This document shows positions 7,558 through 17,089 of a stretch of 32,000 bases of DNA, one piece after another. Below the pieces are notes generated by a model. That model worked only from the letters and a program-made list of their open reading frames with translations. It did no database searches and was not told the origin of the DNA. The stretch comes from Syntrophaceae bacterium UBA5744. Its GTDB lineage: Bacteria; Desulfobacterota; Syntrophia; Syntrophales; UBA2192. A program made the position numbers and the translations under genes. How positions within the stretch are numbered: position 1 is the first letter of the stretch; each line of letters starts with the position of its first letter. Where the stretch lies: assembly GCA_002419215.1 (NCBI GenBank), contig DIFQ01000127.1, forward strand, positions 5,332-37,331, read 5' to 3'.

Positions 7558-9882
7558 ATGCCCAAGAGAGCTGTAACAGCAGCCCTTGTCCTGGCCCTCG
7601 CTTTTGCGCTTCTGCCCTCTCCTGTCCTTGCCGCTCCCCCTGAATCTCCTGCTCCCACGGACCCGGCGGCCCAGGCGAAAGCGGACTATCAGGAAGCCCT
7701 GAAGCTGATCCAGGCCGGACGCAACGACGATGCGATCCCGCTGCTGGAGCGGGCCCTGAAGGCCCTTCCGGACGACAGGCACCTCCAGGCCGACTATGCC
7801 CTGTGCCTGGTCTGGACGGGGGCTTACCAGAAGGCCGTAGAATTCTTCGGCGCCCGCGATAAGGACCTCCGGCAGATCCGCTATCTTCCCCGCCACATGG
7901 GCAGGGCCTACTACGAATTGAGGGAGTACCCGAGGGCCCTCGAGATGTATCGCCTTGGCCTTTCCTACGACCGGTCGGATGACGAGGCCTTCAAGGGCAT
8001 CGTGTACACGCAGATGCGCATGGGCGACGGCGCCGGGGCCTATGCGTCGTGGCTCGAGGCGAAAAAGGGCGGCCAGGTATCGGGGCCGGCGCTCGAGGCC
8101 GTCAAGGTGGCCCTGCTGGAGCAGTACGGCGCAAGTCTCGAGGCCCTCGCGGTCGCAAAGGAGGGCAGGGTGGGCGGGCCTGCGCAGCTGCAGTCTCTCG
8201 AACTCGACAGGGCCGTGACGAAGCTGCGATGGGGGCTCGTTGACGAGGCGATCGCGGAGATCGAGGCGATCCTGGTCAAAGACCCCTCGAATCTCAGGGC
8301 CCGGGGGGACTACATCGTCGCCCTGCGGCAGAAAGACCGGATGACGGAGGCCCTGCGTGAGTTCGGGACCTACAGGCAGGCAGGCCAGCCCATCCCCTCC
8401 TGGGTGAGCCAGGCCGTGGCCGACGCCTTCCTCTATCTGCACAAGCCCGAGGAAGCTGAAACGTACTATAAACTGACCCTGGAGCAAGACCCCGACAACT
8501 TCGGGGCGACGATGGGGCTCTATCACGTCTACTCGGATCTGAGGCAGTGGGAAAAGGCCTCGCAGACCCTTGGACGCCTCGAGGAGATCGTCGAAAAGGA
8601 AAAGAAAGCCCTCGCCTGGAACGAGTCGGTCCTGGCAAAACAGCGCTACCTGGCCGATTCCAACAGCCTGATCAACACCCGGGGATGGTTCCTGCTCTAC
8701 CAGGACAAACTCGAGGAGGGCCAGGCGTATTTCGATTACTACCTGGGCGAGGCGGCCTCCGAGACGGGCCTGCGCTCGGGTCTTGCCCACGCGTACCTCT
8801 GGCGCCATTGGCCCAGGCGGGCCCTCGAGCAGTTCGAGATCAACCGCAACCTCGATCCTCAGGATGTCGGCAGCCTTACCGGCCTGGGCTGGACGCTCAA
8901 TGCCCTGAACTACAAGCGCGAGGCGAGGGCTCTGGCCGACGACCTTCACCGGAAACACCCGACAAATCTCAACGTCTACGATCTCCGGGAGACCCTGAAG
9001 GTGGAGGACATGTGGCGGCTCCAGCCCGAATTCCGCTTTACCAAGGAGTTCGACGGCGCCACGGAATACTGGGCCTCGCTCACGCTGGAGAAACCGATCA
9101 CCCCGATCTTCAGCCTCTATGCCCAGATCCTCCGCGAGGAGGTCTGGGGGGACGACGACGGCACGACAAACCGGGAGGACTGGGACCGGTTCGGCCTGGG
9201 GTTCCGCTGGATCGTGATGCCGGAGCTCATCTGGTGGCAGTCGGTGAGCCTCGATTACACCGGGGGCGATGATTTCGGCTTCGACACGCGCCTCTTCTGG
9301 TGGCCCACGGACCCCCTGCGCATCTCGGCGGGGTACAACAGCTTCAGCTTGAGCGTGCCCATCCGGGCGAGAGTCCGGGGAATCACGGCGGACAGCGCCT
9401 ATGCGGATGTCCTGTACCGCGAGAGCGACCTGCGCGAATACGGCGCGGCGGTGGGCACCCAGTGGTTCTCGGACGACAACCTCTATGTTGCCGGTACGGC
9501 CCGTTACGATCAGAATGTCTACCTCACGCCCGACCTGAAGGTCCGGGGCGGGTTCGCGCTGGGGATCGGCACCTATTCCAAGCAGGACGTGGACTATTAC
9601 AGCCCGCAGTACGAGTGGAGCGCCCTGCTGACGTCGGCCATCCAATGGGTCAACCACATCCGCTACGAGAAGAAGTGGACGTCGGCCGTCTACCTCCGCG
9701 CAGGGGTGAGCGGCGAATACGACTACGGCGCCTACCCCGTGGCGGGGGTCACCTTCGAGCAGAGCTACGTCCACTCGAAGACCTTCAACATTACGGGAAA
9801 CGTTTCCTATGATCTGAGAGTATACGATGGGGATTACACGCATGTCGTTGGGGCCTATGTCACGCTCAACTGGTACTTCTAA
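7558..9882 (+). CDS. pgaA: PgaA-like poly-beta-1,6-N-acetylglucosamine export porin (TPR domain plus C-terminal beta-barrel)
   Basis: 774 aa. Signal peptide MPKRAVTAALVLALAFALLPSPVLAAP, then TPR-like repeats, then a Tyr/Gly/Asp-rich alternating C-terminus ending in ...YVTLNWYF, typical of an outer-membrane barrel. It is followed by pgaB, pgaC and pgaD homologues in the canonical order. Confidence 0.85.
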   Translation: MPKRAVTAALVLALAFALLPSPVLAAPPESPAPTDPAAQAKADYQEALKLIQAGRNDDAIPLLERALKALPDDRHLQADYALCLVWTGAYQKAVEFFGARDKDLRQIRYLPRHMGRAYYELREYPRALEMYRLGLSYDRSDDEAFKGIVYTQMRMGDGAGAYASWLEAKKGGQVSGPALEAVKVALLEQYGASLEALAVAKEGRVGGPAQLQSLELDRAVTKLRWGLVDEAIAEIEAILVKDPSNLRARGDYIVALRQKDRMTEALREFGTYRQAGQPIPSWVSQAVADAFLYLHKPEEAETYYKLTLEQDPDNFGATMGLYHVYSDLRQWEKASQTLGRLEEIVEKEKKALAWNESVLAKQRYLADSNSLINTRGWFLLYQDKLEEGQAYFDYYLGEAASETGLRSGLAHAYLWRHWPRRALEQFEINRNLDPQDVGSLTGLGWTLNALNYKREARALADDLHRKHPTNLNVYDLRETLKVEDMWRLQPEFRFTKEFDGATEYWASLTLEKPITPIFSLYAQILREEVWGDDDGTTNREDWDRFGLGFRWIVMPELIWWQSVSLDYTGGDDFGFDTRLFWWPTDPLRISAGYNSFSLSVPIRARVRGITADSAYADVLYRESDLREYGAAVGTQWFSDDNLYVAGTARYDQNVYLTPDLKVRGGFALGIGTYSKQDVDYYSPQYEWSALLTSAIQWVNHIRYEKKWTSAVYLRAGVSGEYDYGAYPVAGVTFEQSYVHSKTFNITGNVSYDLRVYDGDYTHVVGAYVTLNWYF

Positions 9883-11896
9883 GAAAAGGGTCCAGGGTCC
9901 AGGGTCCAGGGTTCAGGAAATCCTGCTTATCGCCTTGGCGGTCCTGTTTCTCGCGGTGTCGCCTGTGCAGGCGGCGGAGAGCTTCATCACGCTTTGCTAC
10001 CACGACATCCCCGAAACCCCCGTCGAGAAGGACGACATCTCCCGGAAGGACTTCATTAACCAGATCGAGTACCTCCGCACCCACGGCTTCACCTTCGTGA
10101 GCCCGGCGGACATCCTGGCGGCCTCGCGGGGCGCGAGGGCGCTTCCCGAAAAAGCCGTCCTGGTGACCTTCGATGACGCCTACGAGAGCTTCTACCGGTT
10201 CGTCTACCCGGCCCTGCGTCTCTACAACATCCCCGCAGTGCTCTCCGTCGTGACCTCCTGGATCGACAACCCCGAGACGTCGGGCTACAAGACGAAGCGT
10301 TTCATGAGCTGGCAGCAGATCCGGGAGGTCTCCGACTCGGGCCTCGTGACGGTCGCATCGCACAGCGCCCGGCTCCACCGGCTGCTGCAGGCTAACCCCG
10401 TCGGGAACATCGAGCCGGCGCCGTCGGCCTTCCTCTATTTTCCCGAAAGCAGGCGCTACGAGACGGAGCCCGAGTTCCGCGACCGCATCGGCGGGGACCT
10501 GGCCGCAAGCATCGAGGTCCTGACGGCGAAGCTGGGCCGAAAGCCCGCCATCCTCACCTGGCCCTACGGGAGCTACAACGCGATCGGCGTCGAGGAGGCG
10601 AAGAAGCTCGGCTTCGAGATGATCCTCACCCTCGATGACGGGTATTCCAGCATCCTCCGCCTCGACCGGGTCAACCGCTATTACCTGGAATCGCACCTCG
10701 ACTGGCTTGCGGCCTTCAAGGACTCGCTGAAGCGCGGCCTGCAGGAGGATTACCGCATCCGGGGCGTGCAGGTCGATCTCGACCCGATCGTCAGCAAGAG
10801 CTCCGCCGGGGAGAGCGACAAGAACCTGGGGCTTCTGCTCGACCGCCTCGTCCGGATGGGCGTGAACACCGTGTTCCTCCAGGGTTTCTGCGACCTGGGT
10901 GCCACGGGAAACGTGAAGTCGCTCTACTTTGCCAACTCGGTGCTTCCCGTCGAGATGGATTTTCTCAGCCACGCCGTCAACCGGATCCGGTCCCGCGAGA
11001 TGAAGGTCTTCGTCTGGATGCCGGCGCTTGCCTATGAACTGCCGGACCCCGTCCTGAACGAGGCCCTCAAGGTCCGGGAGTGGAAGGGCGGCAAGCCCGA
11101 AGTGACCTCGTCGTGGTACCGGAGGCTCTCCCCCTTCGACCCCAGAAGCCTGGAGGCAACCCGGAAGATCTTCGCGGAGCTGGCGGCACGCGTGCAGTTC
11201 GACGGCATCCTGATCCAGGACGACGCCTACCTGGCCGAGACGGAAGACTTCCACCCCGCAGCCGTCGAGGCCTTTCGAAGTCGGTACGGTATTTCGCCGG
11301 AGCCGGAGACGCTCAAGGCGGACAGGGAGCTCAACGCGAAGTGGGTCGCCTTCAAGACGGAGGCACTCGAGCGCCACGTCGGCGAGATCGTCAAGACCGT
11401 CCGGGCCTACCGTCCCGGGGCCGCCGTCGCCCGCAACCTCTACAGCTCCGTCGTGACGAACCCGGATGCGACGACATGGTTTGCCCAGGATTTCAAGGGC
11501 TACCTCGAGACCTACGATTACACGGTGGTGATGGCCTACGCCTCCATGGAAGGCAGGAAAGACAGCCGCAAGTTTTACCGCGAGCTCTTCGAGGCTGCAG
11601 GCGGCCGGGAGAACGCCTCCCGGGTGATCTTCAAGGTGCAGGCCTACGACTGGAAGGGCGAGAAGTGGGTGAGCGACAAGGCGATGAAGGACGACCTGAC
11701 GTTCCTTCTCTCCCTGGGCGCCCGGCACGTGGCCTACTACCCGGACGACGTTTACCGGAACAGGCCGGACGTCGATGCGGTGGCCGTGATCCTCTCGGCC
11801 CGGGATGAAGTGAAGAGAATGGGGACGCCGCCGGAGATTGCACCGGAGGGCGCACTCGAGAGGCTGTTCAGGAGGCTGTTCAGCCAAAACCCGTAA
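9857..11896 (+). CDS. pgaB: PgaB-like PNAG N-deacetylase (NodB/CE4 domain plus C-terminal glycoside-hydrolase-like domain)
   Basis: Signal-peptide-like ILLIALAVLFLAVSPVQA. NodB motifs are LCYHDIP...VLVTFDDAYESFY...ASHS. The long C-terminal domain (GVQVDLDP...VFLQGF...ILIQDDAYL) matches the PgaB C-terminal fold. The start is uncertain, with in-frame ATGs at 9827, 9842 and 9857. Confidence 0.85.
   Translation: MSRSTGTSKKRVQGPGSRVQEILLIALAVLFLAVSPVQAAESFITLCYHDIPETPVEKDDISRKDFINQIEYLRTHGFTFVSPADILAASRGARALPEKAVLVTFDDAYESFYRFVYPALRLYNIPAVLSVVTSWIDNPETSGYKTKRFMSWQQIREVSDSGLVTVASHSARLHRLLQANPVGNIEPAPSAFLYFPESRRYETEPEFRDRIGGDLAASIEVLTAKLGRKPAILTWPYGSYNAIGVEEAKKLGFEMILTLDDGYSSILRLDRVNRYYLESHLDWLAAFKDSLKRGLQEDYRIRGVQVDLDPIVSKSSAGESDKNLGLLLDRLVRMGVNTVFLQGFCDLGATGNVKSLYFANSVLPVEMDFLSHAVNRIRSREMKVFVWMPALAYELPDPVLNEALKVREWKGGKPEVTSSWYRRLSPFDPRSLEATRKIFAELAARVQFDGILIQDDAYLAETEDFHPAAVEAFRSRYGISPEPETLKADRELNAKWVAFKTEALERHVGEIVKTVRAYRPGAAVARNLYSSVVTNPDATTWFAQDFKGYLETYDYTVVMAYASMEGRKDSRKFYRELFEAAGGRENASRVIFKVQAYDWKGEKWVSDKAMKDDLTFLLSLGARHVAYYPDDVYRNRPDVDAVAVILSARDEVKRMGTPPEIAPEGALERLFRRLFSQNP
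9888..9917 (+). repeat. Heptanucleotide tandem repeat (GGGTCCA x3 plus GGGTTCA), also a G3N4 G-quadruplex motif
   Basis: Read directly: gggtcca gggtcca gggtcca gggttca gg. It starts 6 nt after the pgaA stop and lies inside the predicted 5' end of pgaB. Confidence 0.9.
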
Positions 11897-11962
11897 CGGA
11901 CCCATTCAGGAAAGCCGGCGGGACGGGACCCTGCACCACGCCCGCCCCCGCTGACAGGAAAC

Positions 11963-13279
11963 ATGTCGATATACGAAATCATAGGGCTCTTCGTTTTCCT
12001 CTACCCGCTCTACATGAGCATCGTGTGGATGATCGGGGGCATCATCTTCTGCCTGCGGCGCGAGGGCAAGACGGAGCCGGGCCTGGAGTATTTCCCGTAC
12101 TTCACCGTCATTGTCCCCGGCCACAACGAGGAGCAGGTCATCGAGGAAACGGTCCTCAACCTGAAGGACCTCAACTACCCGAACTACGAGGTCATCGTAG
12201 TCAACGACGGCAGTTCGGATGCCACGCGGGAGATCCTCGACCGGCTCGTCACGGAGAACTCGAGCTGGCTCCGGATCATCCACCTGGAGCCCAACAGCGG
12301 CAAATCCAAGGCCCTCAACGCCGGCATCCTGGTGAGCCGGGGCGAGTTCATGCTCACGATCGACGCCGACTGCCTCGTCGACAAGGACGTGCTGCAGTGG
12401 ATGGCGGTGCACCTGGTGAACTTCCCCCGCGTGGGGGCCGTCACGGGCAACCCGCGGGTGCGCAACCGCACGTCGCTTCTGGCCAAGATCCAGGTCGGCG
12501 AGTACTCCAACATCATCGGGCTCATCAAGCGCACACAGCGGATCCTCGGGAAGGTCCTCACGGTTTCCGGCGTGATCGCGGCCTACCGCAAGAGCGCCGT
12601 CATCGAGTGCGGCCTCTTCGACAGCGACACCGTCACCGAGGACATCGACATCACCTGGAAGCTCCAGCGCAAGTTCTGGGACATCCGCTACGAGCCGCGG
12701 GCCATCTGCTGGATCCTCGTCCCCGAGACGCTCAAGGGCCTCTGGCGCCAGCGCGTGCGATGGGCCCAGGGCGGCGTCGAGGTGCTCAAGAAGCACCGCG
12801 ACCTCTGGAAGGACCACCGCCACCGCCGGCTCATCCCGGTCTACATCGAATACTGCCTGGGCCTCCTGTGGGCCCACACCTTCATGGCCATGGTGTTCCT
12901 CTGGCTCTCTTTCGTCGTCATGGACGGCGTGTGCCGCTACACCCAGGTGCCGATCTGCCCGCCCGTTCTCGATGTCTACCAGACGTTCTTCGTCGGCTGG
13001 AACCCCCTGTTCCCCCGATGGTACGGGGCCATCCTGGGGTTTGCGTGCCTCTGCGAGTTCCTGACGAGCTTCCTGATCGACTATCGATACGAGAACAAGG
13101 CCTTCGCAAAGTATTATTTCTTCGTGATCTGGTACCCCGTGGGATACTGGATCCTCGCGTCGCTTGCGGCCATCAAGGGCGTCTACAATTTCACATTCCG
13201 GAGCAAGGAGGTTACAGTCAGATGGAAAAGCCCGGACAGGGGCCTCCACACCCTGAAATCTTCGTCAAAGACGAAGTAA
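11963..13279 (+). CDS. pgaC: PgaC-like poly-beta-1,6-N-acetylglucosamine synthase (GT2 family)
   Basis: 438 aa. GT2 motifs VIVPGHNEE, VVNDGSSD, TIDADC, VSGVIAAYRK and QRVRWAQG (QxxRW), flanked by TM helices. Size and order match PgaC. Confidence 0.9.
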   Translation: MSIYEIIGLFVFLYPLYMSIVWMIGGIIFCLRREGKTEPGLEYFPYFTVIVPGHNEEQVIEETVLNLKDLNYPNYEVIVVNDGSSDATREILDRLVTENSSWLRIIHLEPNSGKSKALNAGILVSRGEFMLTIDADCLVDKDVLQWMAVHLVNFPRVGAVTGNPRVRNRTSLLAKIQVGEYSNIIGLIKRTQRILGKVLTVSGVIAAYRKSAVIECGLFDSDTVTEDIDITWKLQRKFWDIRYEPRAICWILVPETLKGLWRQRVRWAQGGVEVLKKHRDLWKDHRHRRLIPVYIEYCLGLLWAHTFMAMVFLWLSFVVMDGVCRYTQVPICPPVLDVYQTFFVGWNPLFPRWYGAILGFACLCEFLTSFLIDYRYENKAFAKYYFFVIWYPVGYWILASLAAIKGVYNFTFRSKEVTVRWKSPDRGLHTLKSSSKTK

Positions 13280-13689
13280 AATCACCTCTCCGGAGGGTCG
13301 TCGAGGACTTCATCACAATCGTCTGCTGGGGCATCTACCTCTACCTGCTGCTGCCGATCTTCACGCTGGTGTTGTGGGTCTTCGGCATCCAGACGATCTA
13401 CGACCAGATCATCGGGGCGAAGGGCTACGAGGAGCTCATCCGGCTGCTCGCAAACGGCGGGATCACCGTGCTGGTGGTTCTCCTGATCGTCACGGGCTGG
13501 ACGTACTACAACTACCTCTGGTTCCTGCGACGGGGGGAGAGGCGCGGAGGCCAGGTGCGGATCAGCAGCGACGTGGAGATGGCGGGGCTCCTTTGCACGG
13601 ACATCGATGCCATGGAAGAGATCCGCAAGTCCCACCGTATGGAGGTCCGCGTCGAGGGCCCCAAGTACCGGATCACCGCCAGGGATTGA
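13222..13689 (+). CDS. pgaD: PgaD-like small inner-membrane PNAG biosynthesis protein
   Basis: This is the last 155 codons of track ORF 12025..13689. ATG at 13222 is preceded by AAGGAGG, and the gene overlaps the pgaC 3' end. It has two N-terminal TM helices (FITIVCWGIYLYLLLPIFTLVLWVFGI and ITVLVVLLIVTGWTYYNYLWF) and a charged tail, like PgaD. Confidence 0.7.
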   Translation: MEKPGQGPPHPEIFVKDEVKSPLRRVVEDFITIVCWGIYLYLLLPIFTLVLWVFGIQTIYDQIIGAKGYEELIRLLANGGITVLVVLLIVTGWTYYNYLWFLRRGERRGGQVRISSDVEMAGLLCTDIDAMEEIRKSHRMEVRVEGPKYRITARD

Positions 13690-13719
13690 CGGGCCGCGCG
13701 TTCAAGGCCGCTCAGCTGA

Positions 13720-13750
13720 AAGACCCCGAGCGATACGGGGTCTTCTTTTG
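13720..13750 (+). terminator. Rho-independent terminator of the pga operon
   Basis: aagaccccg-agcgata-cggggtctt followed by cttttg, 30 nt after the pgaD stop. Confidence 0.7.
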
Positions 13751-14025
13751 CAAATCATCGCCCGGTGTTTTGTGGTCTGCGACGGTTGCAACCAATACGA
13801 CGATATTAGTTGAAATCGACTGCTTGATGACCGCTTTCGAAAACGAGACGAAAATCATCCGAGCCAGCCCGTGCACAGAAGTTAGGAAGCTTTGAAGTTG
13901 AGAAGTTCGGAGAAGCGGGAAGCGTGATATGGACATTCAACTCGTCCAAGCTTCTCAACTTCCCAGCTTCACAACTTCTCTTCACAAGGGTAACAAAAAG
14001 ATTTCAGCCCGAGGAAAGGCGTTCC

Positions 14026-15153
14026 ATGACCAGACGTCCCCCGTCCATCATCACCGAATTCATCGTCATGATCATCGCGGTCGTTCTCGTTGCCGCGGGG
14101 CTCGAGGCCTACCTCCGGGTTACGGCCGGCCAGAAGTCGAAGCTCTACGAGGGCATCGAGACCGTCCCGGATATCGCCGACACCTACTTCAAGCTCGTCT
14201 TCCTGGAGAAGCACGCCACGAAGGACGCCTGGAACAACGCCAATTACGACCCGCAACTCGGATGGGACTACCAGATCGCGGCCTCCCGCATCCGGGGCCC
14301 GCGCAAGACCGGCCCCAAGCCGGCCGGCATGTTCCGGGTCATCACCCTGGGCGACAGTTTCACCTGGGGCATCGAGGCGGGAGAGGATGAGCACTTCCCC
14401 CACTACCTGGAGAAGATCCTCCAGGGCCGGCGGACGGCGGAGGTCTTCAACATGGGCGTGGGCAGCTACGGGATCGACCAGATGCTGCTGAAATACGAGC
14501 GGCACGGCCGGCCGCTGCGGCCCGACGTGGTCGTCCTGGGGATCTTCCCCCACGACTACGACCGCACGCGGCTCTCCTTCTACTCCTACAGCAAGCCTAT
14601 CTTCAGACCCGGAGGGAAAGACGGGCCATACACTCTCGAGAATGTCCCCGTACCGCCTCCGAAGGAGGTCTACGCGTCCCTGAAGAATTCCCTCGACGGC
14701 ACCGGGAGCCATGCCTGGGTATTCGTGAAAAACCGGGTGCGCAAGCTGCTGTCGACCCTGCCCGGCGGCAACGGCTACTACGCGGAGACGGACCGGCTCG
14801 TGGAGTACCTGATCACGCGCCTGAAAAGTGATCTGGACAGGACGGGGACGAAACTCCTCGTCGTCCACATCCCCCGCGGAAACGCCTTCGAGAACGGTGA
14901 TTCCCTCTTGCGCGCCCGAAGCGAGCCCCAGACCGCCCATCTGAGAGCCCTGTACGAGAAGCTGAAGATTCCCTGTGTCGATCTGCTCGATGCGCTCCCG
15001 GCGAAACACAAATCGGCGGTGATCTACAAGGAGTTTTACACCCACCGTCCCGACGGCTCCATCGGCCACTTCACACCCCGGGGCAACGCCGAGGTGGCGA
15101 AGATCATCGCCGAGGCGCTGAAGGAGAAAGGCATGCTGAAAAACGGCGGCTGA
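14026..15153 (+). CDS. SGNH/GDSL-family hydrolase with an N-terminal membrane anchor
   Basis: ATG at 14026 (MTRRPPSIITEFIVMIIAVVLVAAGL) is preceded by gaggaaagg. Block I is VITLGDSFTWG, followed by NMGVGSYG and a late ...HFTPRGN block, consistent with SGNH esterases or acyltransferases. Confidence 0.7.
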   Translation: MTRRPPSIITEFIVMIIAVVLVAAGLEAYLRVTAGQKSKLYEGIETVPDIADTYFKLVFLEKHATKDAWNNANYDPQLGWDYQIAASRIRGPRKTGPKPAGMFRVITLGDSFTWGIEAGEDEHFPHYLEKILQGRRTAEVFNMGVGSYGIDQMLLKYERHGRPLRPDVVVLGIFPHDYDRTRLSFYSYSKPIFRPGGKDGPYTLENVPVPPPKEVYASLKNSLDGTGSHAWVFVKNRVRKLLSTLPGGNGYYAETDRLVEYLITRLKSDLDRTGTKLLVVHIPRGNAFENGDSLLRARSEPQTAHLRALYEKLKIPCVDLLDALPAKHKSAVIYKEFYTHRPDGSIGHFTPRGNAEVAKIIAEALKEKGMLKNGG

Positions 15154-15314
15154 TCCTCAGAAGAAGCGTCTGACGTGACTCGGTGATCCCCTTTCCTGTC
15201 GACTTGATCCTTGTCCTTCCCTCCCGGATTTGATCATCCAGATATTCACATTCCGAATGCCCGATCGGTATCAGATTTGCATCATCTTATTGATCAATAT
15301 CGGTTCCGCAAGGA

Positions 15315-16961
15315 GTGAAAAAGGTGAAACGTTCAATGGGCAATAAACGCGAATTCGGGTTCTTATCGAACATGTTGGCACGAATGATATGGGCTGTCAG
15401 TCTGCTGGCCATGCTGGCGTCATGCAGTGGCGGAAGCGATCCGGTGCCCAGCTTCCTGGTCGGGGGCACGGTCAGCGGCCTGGCAGGCAGCGGGCTGGTC
15501 CTGCAGAACAATGGCGCAAATGATCTGAGTATTTCGGCCGACGGTACGTTCAGCTTCACCGCGCGGGTAGCGAACGGCGGCGCGTACGCCGTGACAGTGA
15601 ACACACAGCCGTCCGGTCCGTCGCAGACCTGTACGGTCACCAGCGGCAGCGGAACCGTCTCCGGTTCCGATGTGACCAATGTGACCGTAGCCTGTTCGAC
15701 CAACACCTACACGATCCGCGCCGCGGTCAGCGGCCTGACGGGCAGCGGGTTGGTGCTCCAGAACAATGCAGGCGATGATCTGAGCGTCGCAGCAAACGGC
15801 ACCTACGCCTTCACGACCCTGGTGGCCAGCGGGGCTGCCTACGCCGTCACCGTGAAGACACAGCCGACGGGTCCCATGCAGACGTGCACCGTCACCGGCG
15901 GCACCGGCACGGTCGCCGGCGCCGATGTGACCGCCTCCGTTCAGTGTGCAGCCGCCTACGTGCTTCCCACAACGGCCACCGACGTGAGCCTGGGGGCGAA
16001 CAGCGTGCTGGTTGACGGCAACAGGGCCTACCTCATCGCGGGGACGGACTTCAAGGTGGTCGATGTCACAGATCCGCTCAACCCGTCCGTGCTCGGCACC
16101 GTCAACCATGGGTTCACCGAACTTCGCGTCGAACCGCAGGCCATACACGACAACATCGTCTGGTGCGTGCGGTCATCGTCCGGCGGAATGGGAGCGGCCA
16201 CGCACGTATTCGGCGTCGATGTCAGCAATCCGGCAAACCCCGTCGTTCGGGGTTCTCTGACCCTGCAGGCGGCGACGTCGCTGCTCTCAACGTCTTCGCT
16301 CATCTATTCGGGGTACTGGCTCGTTCACGACTACAGCGACAACCTGATCTACGTCATCAACATCAGCAATCCGGACGCGCCGTCCGTCTACAGCCAATGG
16401 GGAGTCCCCAACATGGTCAGCGGCGGCCCGGGCCGCATGATGGTCGATGGAACATTGCTGTATCTGCCCTGCGGGGAAGACGAGACTTTACGGATATACA
16501 ATCTGGCAAACCTGGCGTCCGTTGTCCAGTTCGGCTCCGTTTCGACCGTGGCGGAGGCTTATGGGAACGCTGTCAAGATCGGGTCATACGTATATGTCAT
16601 TGCAAGTGTCTGGGGGGGAGGCTCTTCGATGCAGATCATCGATGTTTCCAACCCCGCAGCCCCGGTCAACGCAGGAAGTGTGGTGGTCAACAACGGGGCG
16701 GTTATTCGGGCGAGAAACGGCAAGCTCTTCCTGTTTGAGGCCACCACGCCGACCGTCCGCGTCTATTCGCTGGCGAACCCCCTGGCTCCCGCGGTGGAGG
16801 CATCCTCGACCGTCACCTTTTCCGGTCCCACCGCTACATTGAGCATCACTACGTTGACCTGGTCCAGTGCCGACTGGGTCGGGAACTATCTCGTCGGCAT
16901 GACGTACGGGAGCGCCGCTGCGTACCACGGGGCACGAGCTCTGGACTTTACGGTGAATTAA
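15315..16961 (+). CDS. Lipoprotein with two tandem repeats of about 90 aa and a C-terminal LVIVD-repeat beta-propeller
   Basis: Lipobox LLAMLASC. Duplicated module: VSGLAGSGLVLQNNGANDLSISADGTFSFTARVANGGAYAVTVNTQPSGPSQTCTV and VSGLTGSGLVLQNNAGDDLSVAANGTYAFTTLVASGAAYAVTVKTQPTGPMQTCTV. Five or more LVIVD-type repeats follow (VVDVTDPLNPSV, VDVSNPANPVV, INISNPDAPSV, IDVSNPAAPVN, VYSLANPLAPAV). The start is uncertain (GTG 15315 or 15324, ATG 15336 or 15372). Confidence 0.75.
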   Translation: MKKVKRSMGNKREFGFLSNMLARMIWAVSLLAMLASCSGGSDPVPSFLVGGTVSGLAGSGLVLQNNGANDLSISADGTFSFTARVANGGAYAVTVNTQPSGPSQTCTVTSGSGTVSGSDVTNVTVACSTNTYTIRAAVSGLTGSGLVLQNNAGDDLSVAANGTYAFTTLVASGAAYAVTVKTQPTGPMQTCTVTGGTGTVAGADVTASVQCAAAYVLPTTATDVSLGANSVLVDGNRAYLIAGTDFKVVDVTDPLNPSVLGTVNHGFTELRVEPQAIHDNIVWCVRSSSGGMGAATHVFGVDVSNPANPVVRGSLTLQAATSLLSTSSLIYSGYWLVHDYSDNLIYVINISNPDAPSVYSQWGVPNMVSGGPGRMMVDGTLLYLPCGEDETLRIYNLANLASVVQFGSVSTVAEAYGNAVKIGSYVYVIASVWGGGSSMQIIDVSNPAAPVNAGSVVVNNGAVIRARNGKLFLFEATTPTVRVYSLANPLAPAVEASSTVTFSGPTATLSITTLTWSSADWVGNYLVGMTYGSAAAYHGARALDFTVN

Positions 16962-17089
16962 GCGCTCAGCGGTGCCCCGGGCCGCCTCGGGAGAAGGGGA
17001 TGATGAAGAACGGCAGCCTGGCCGCTGTCCGGCAGTGATCGCTGACCGGCCTGCAGGGCCCGGTCAGGTTGCATCGTGATTGATCTTCC

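Noticed and set aside
12025-13689. 554-aa plus-strand ORF read as one protein.
   Set aside because: The first roughly 400 codons are an out-of-frame read through pgaC (Arg/Pro/Gly-rich). Only the last 155 codons from ATG 13222, which has a strong AAGGAGG, look like a real protein (PgaD-like, two TM helices).
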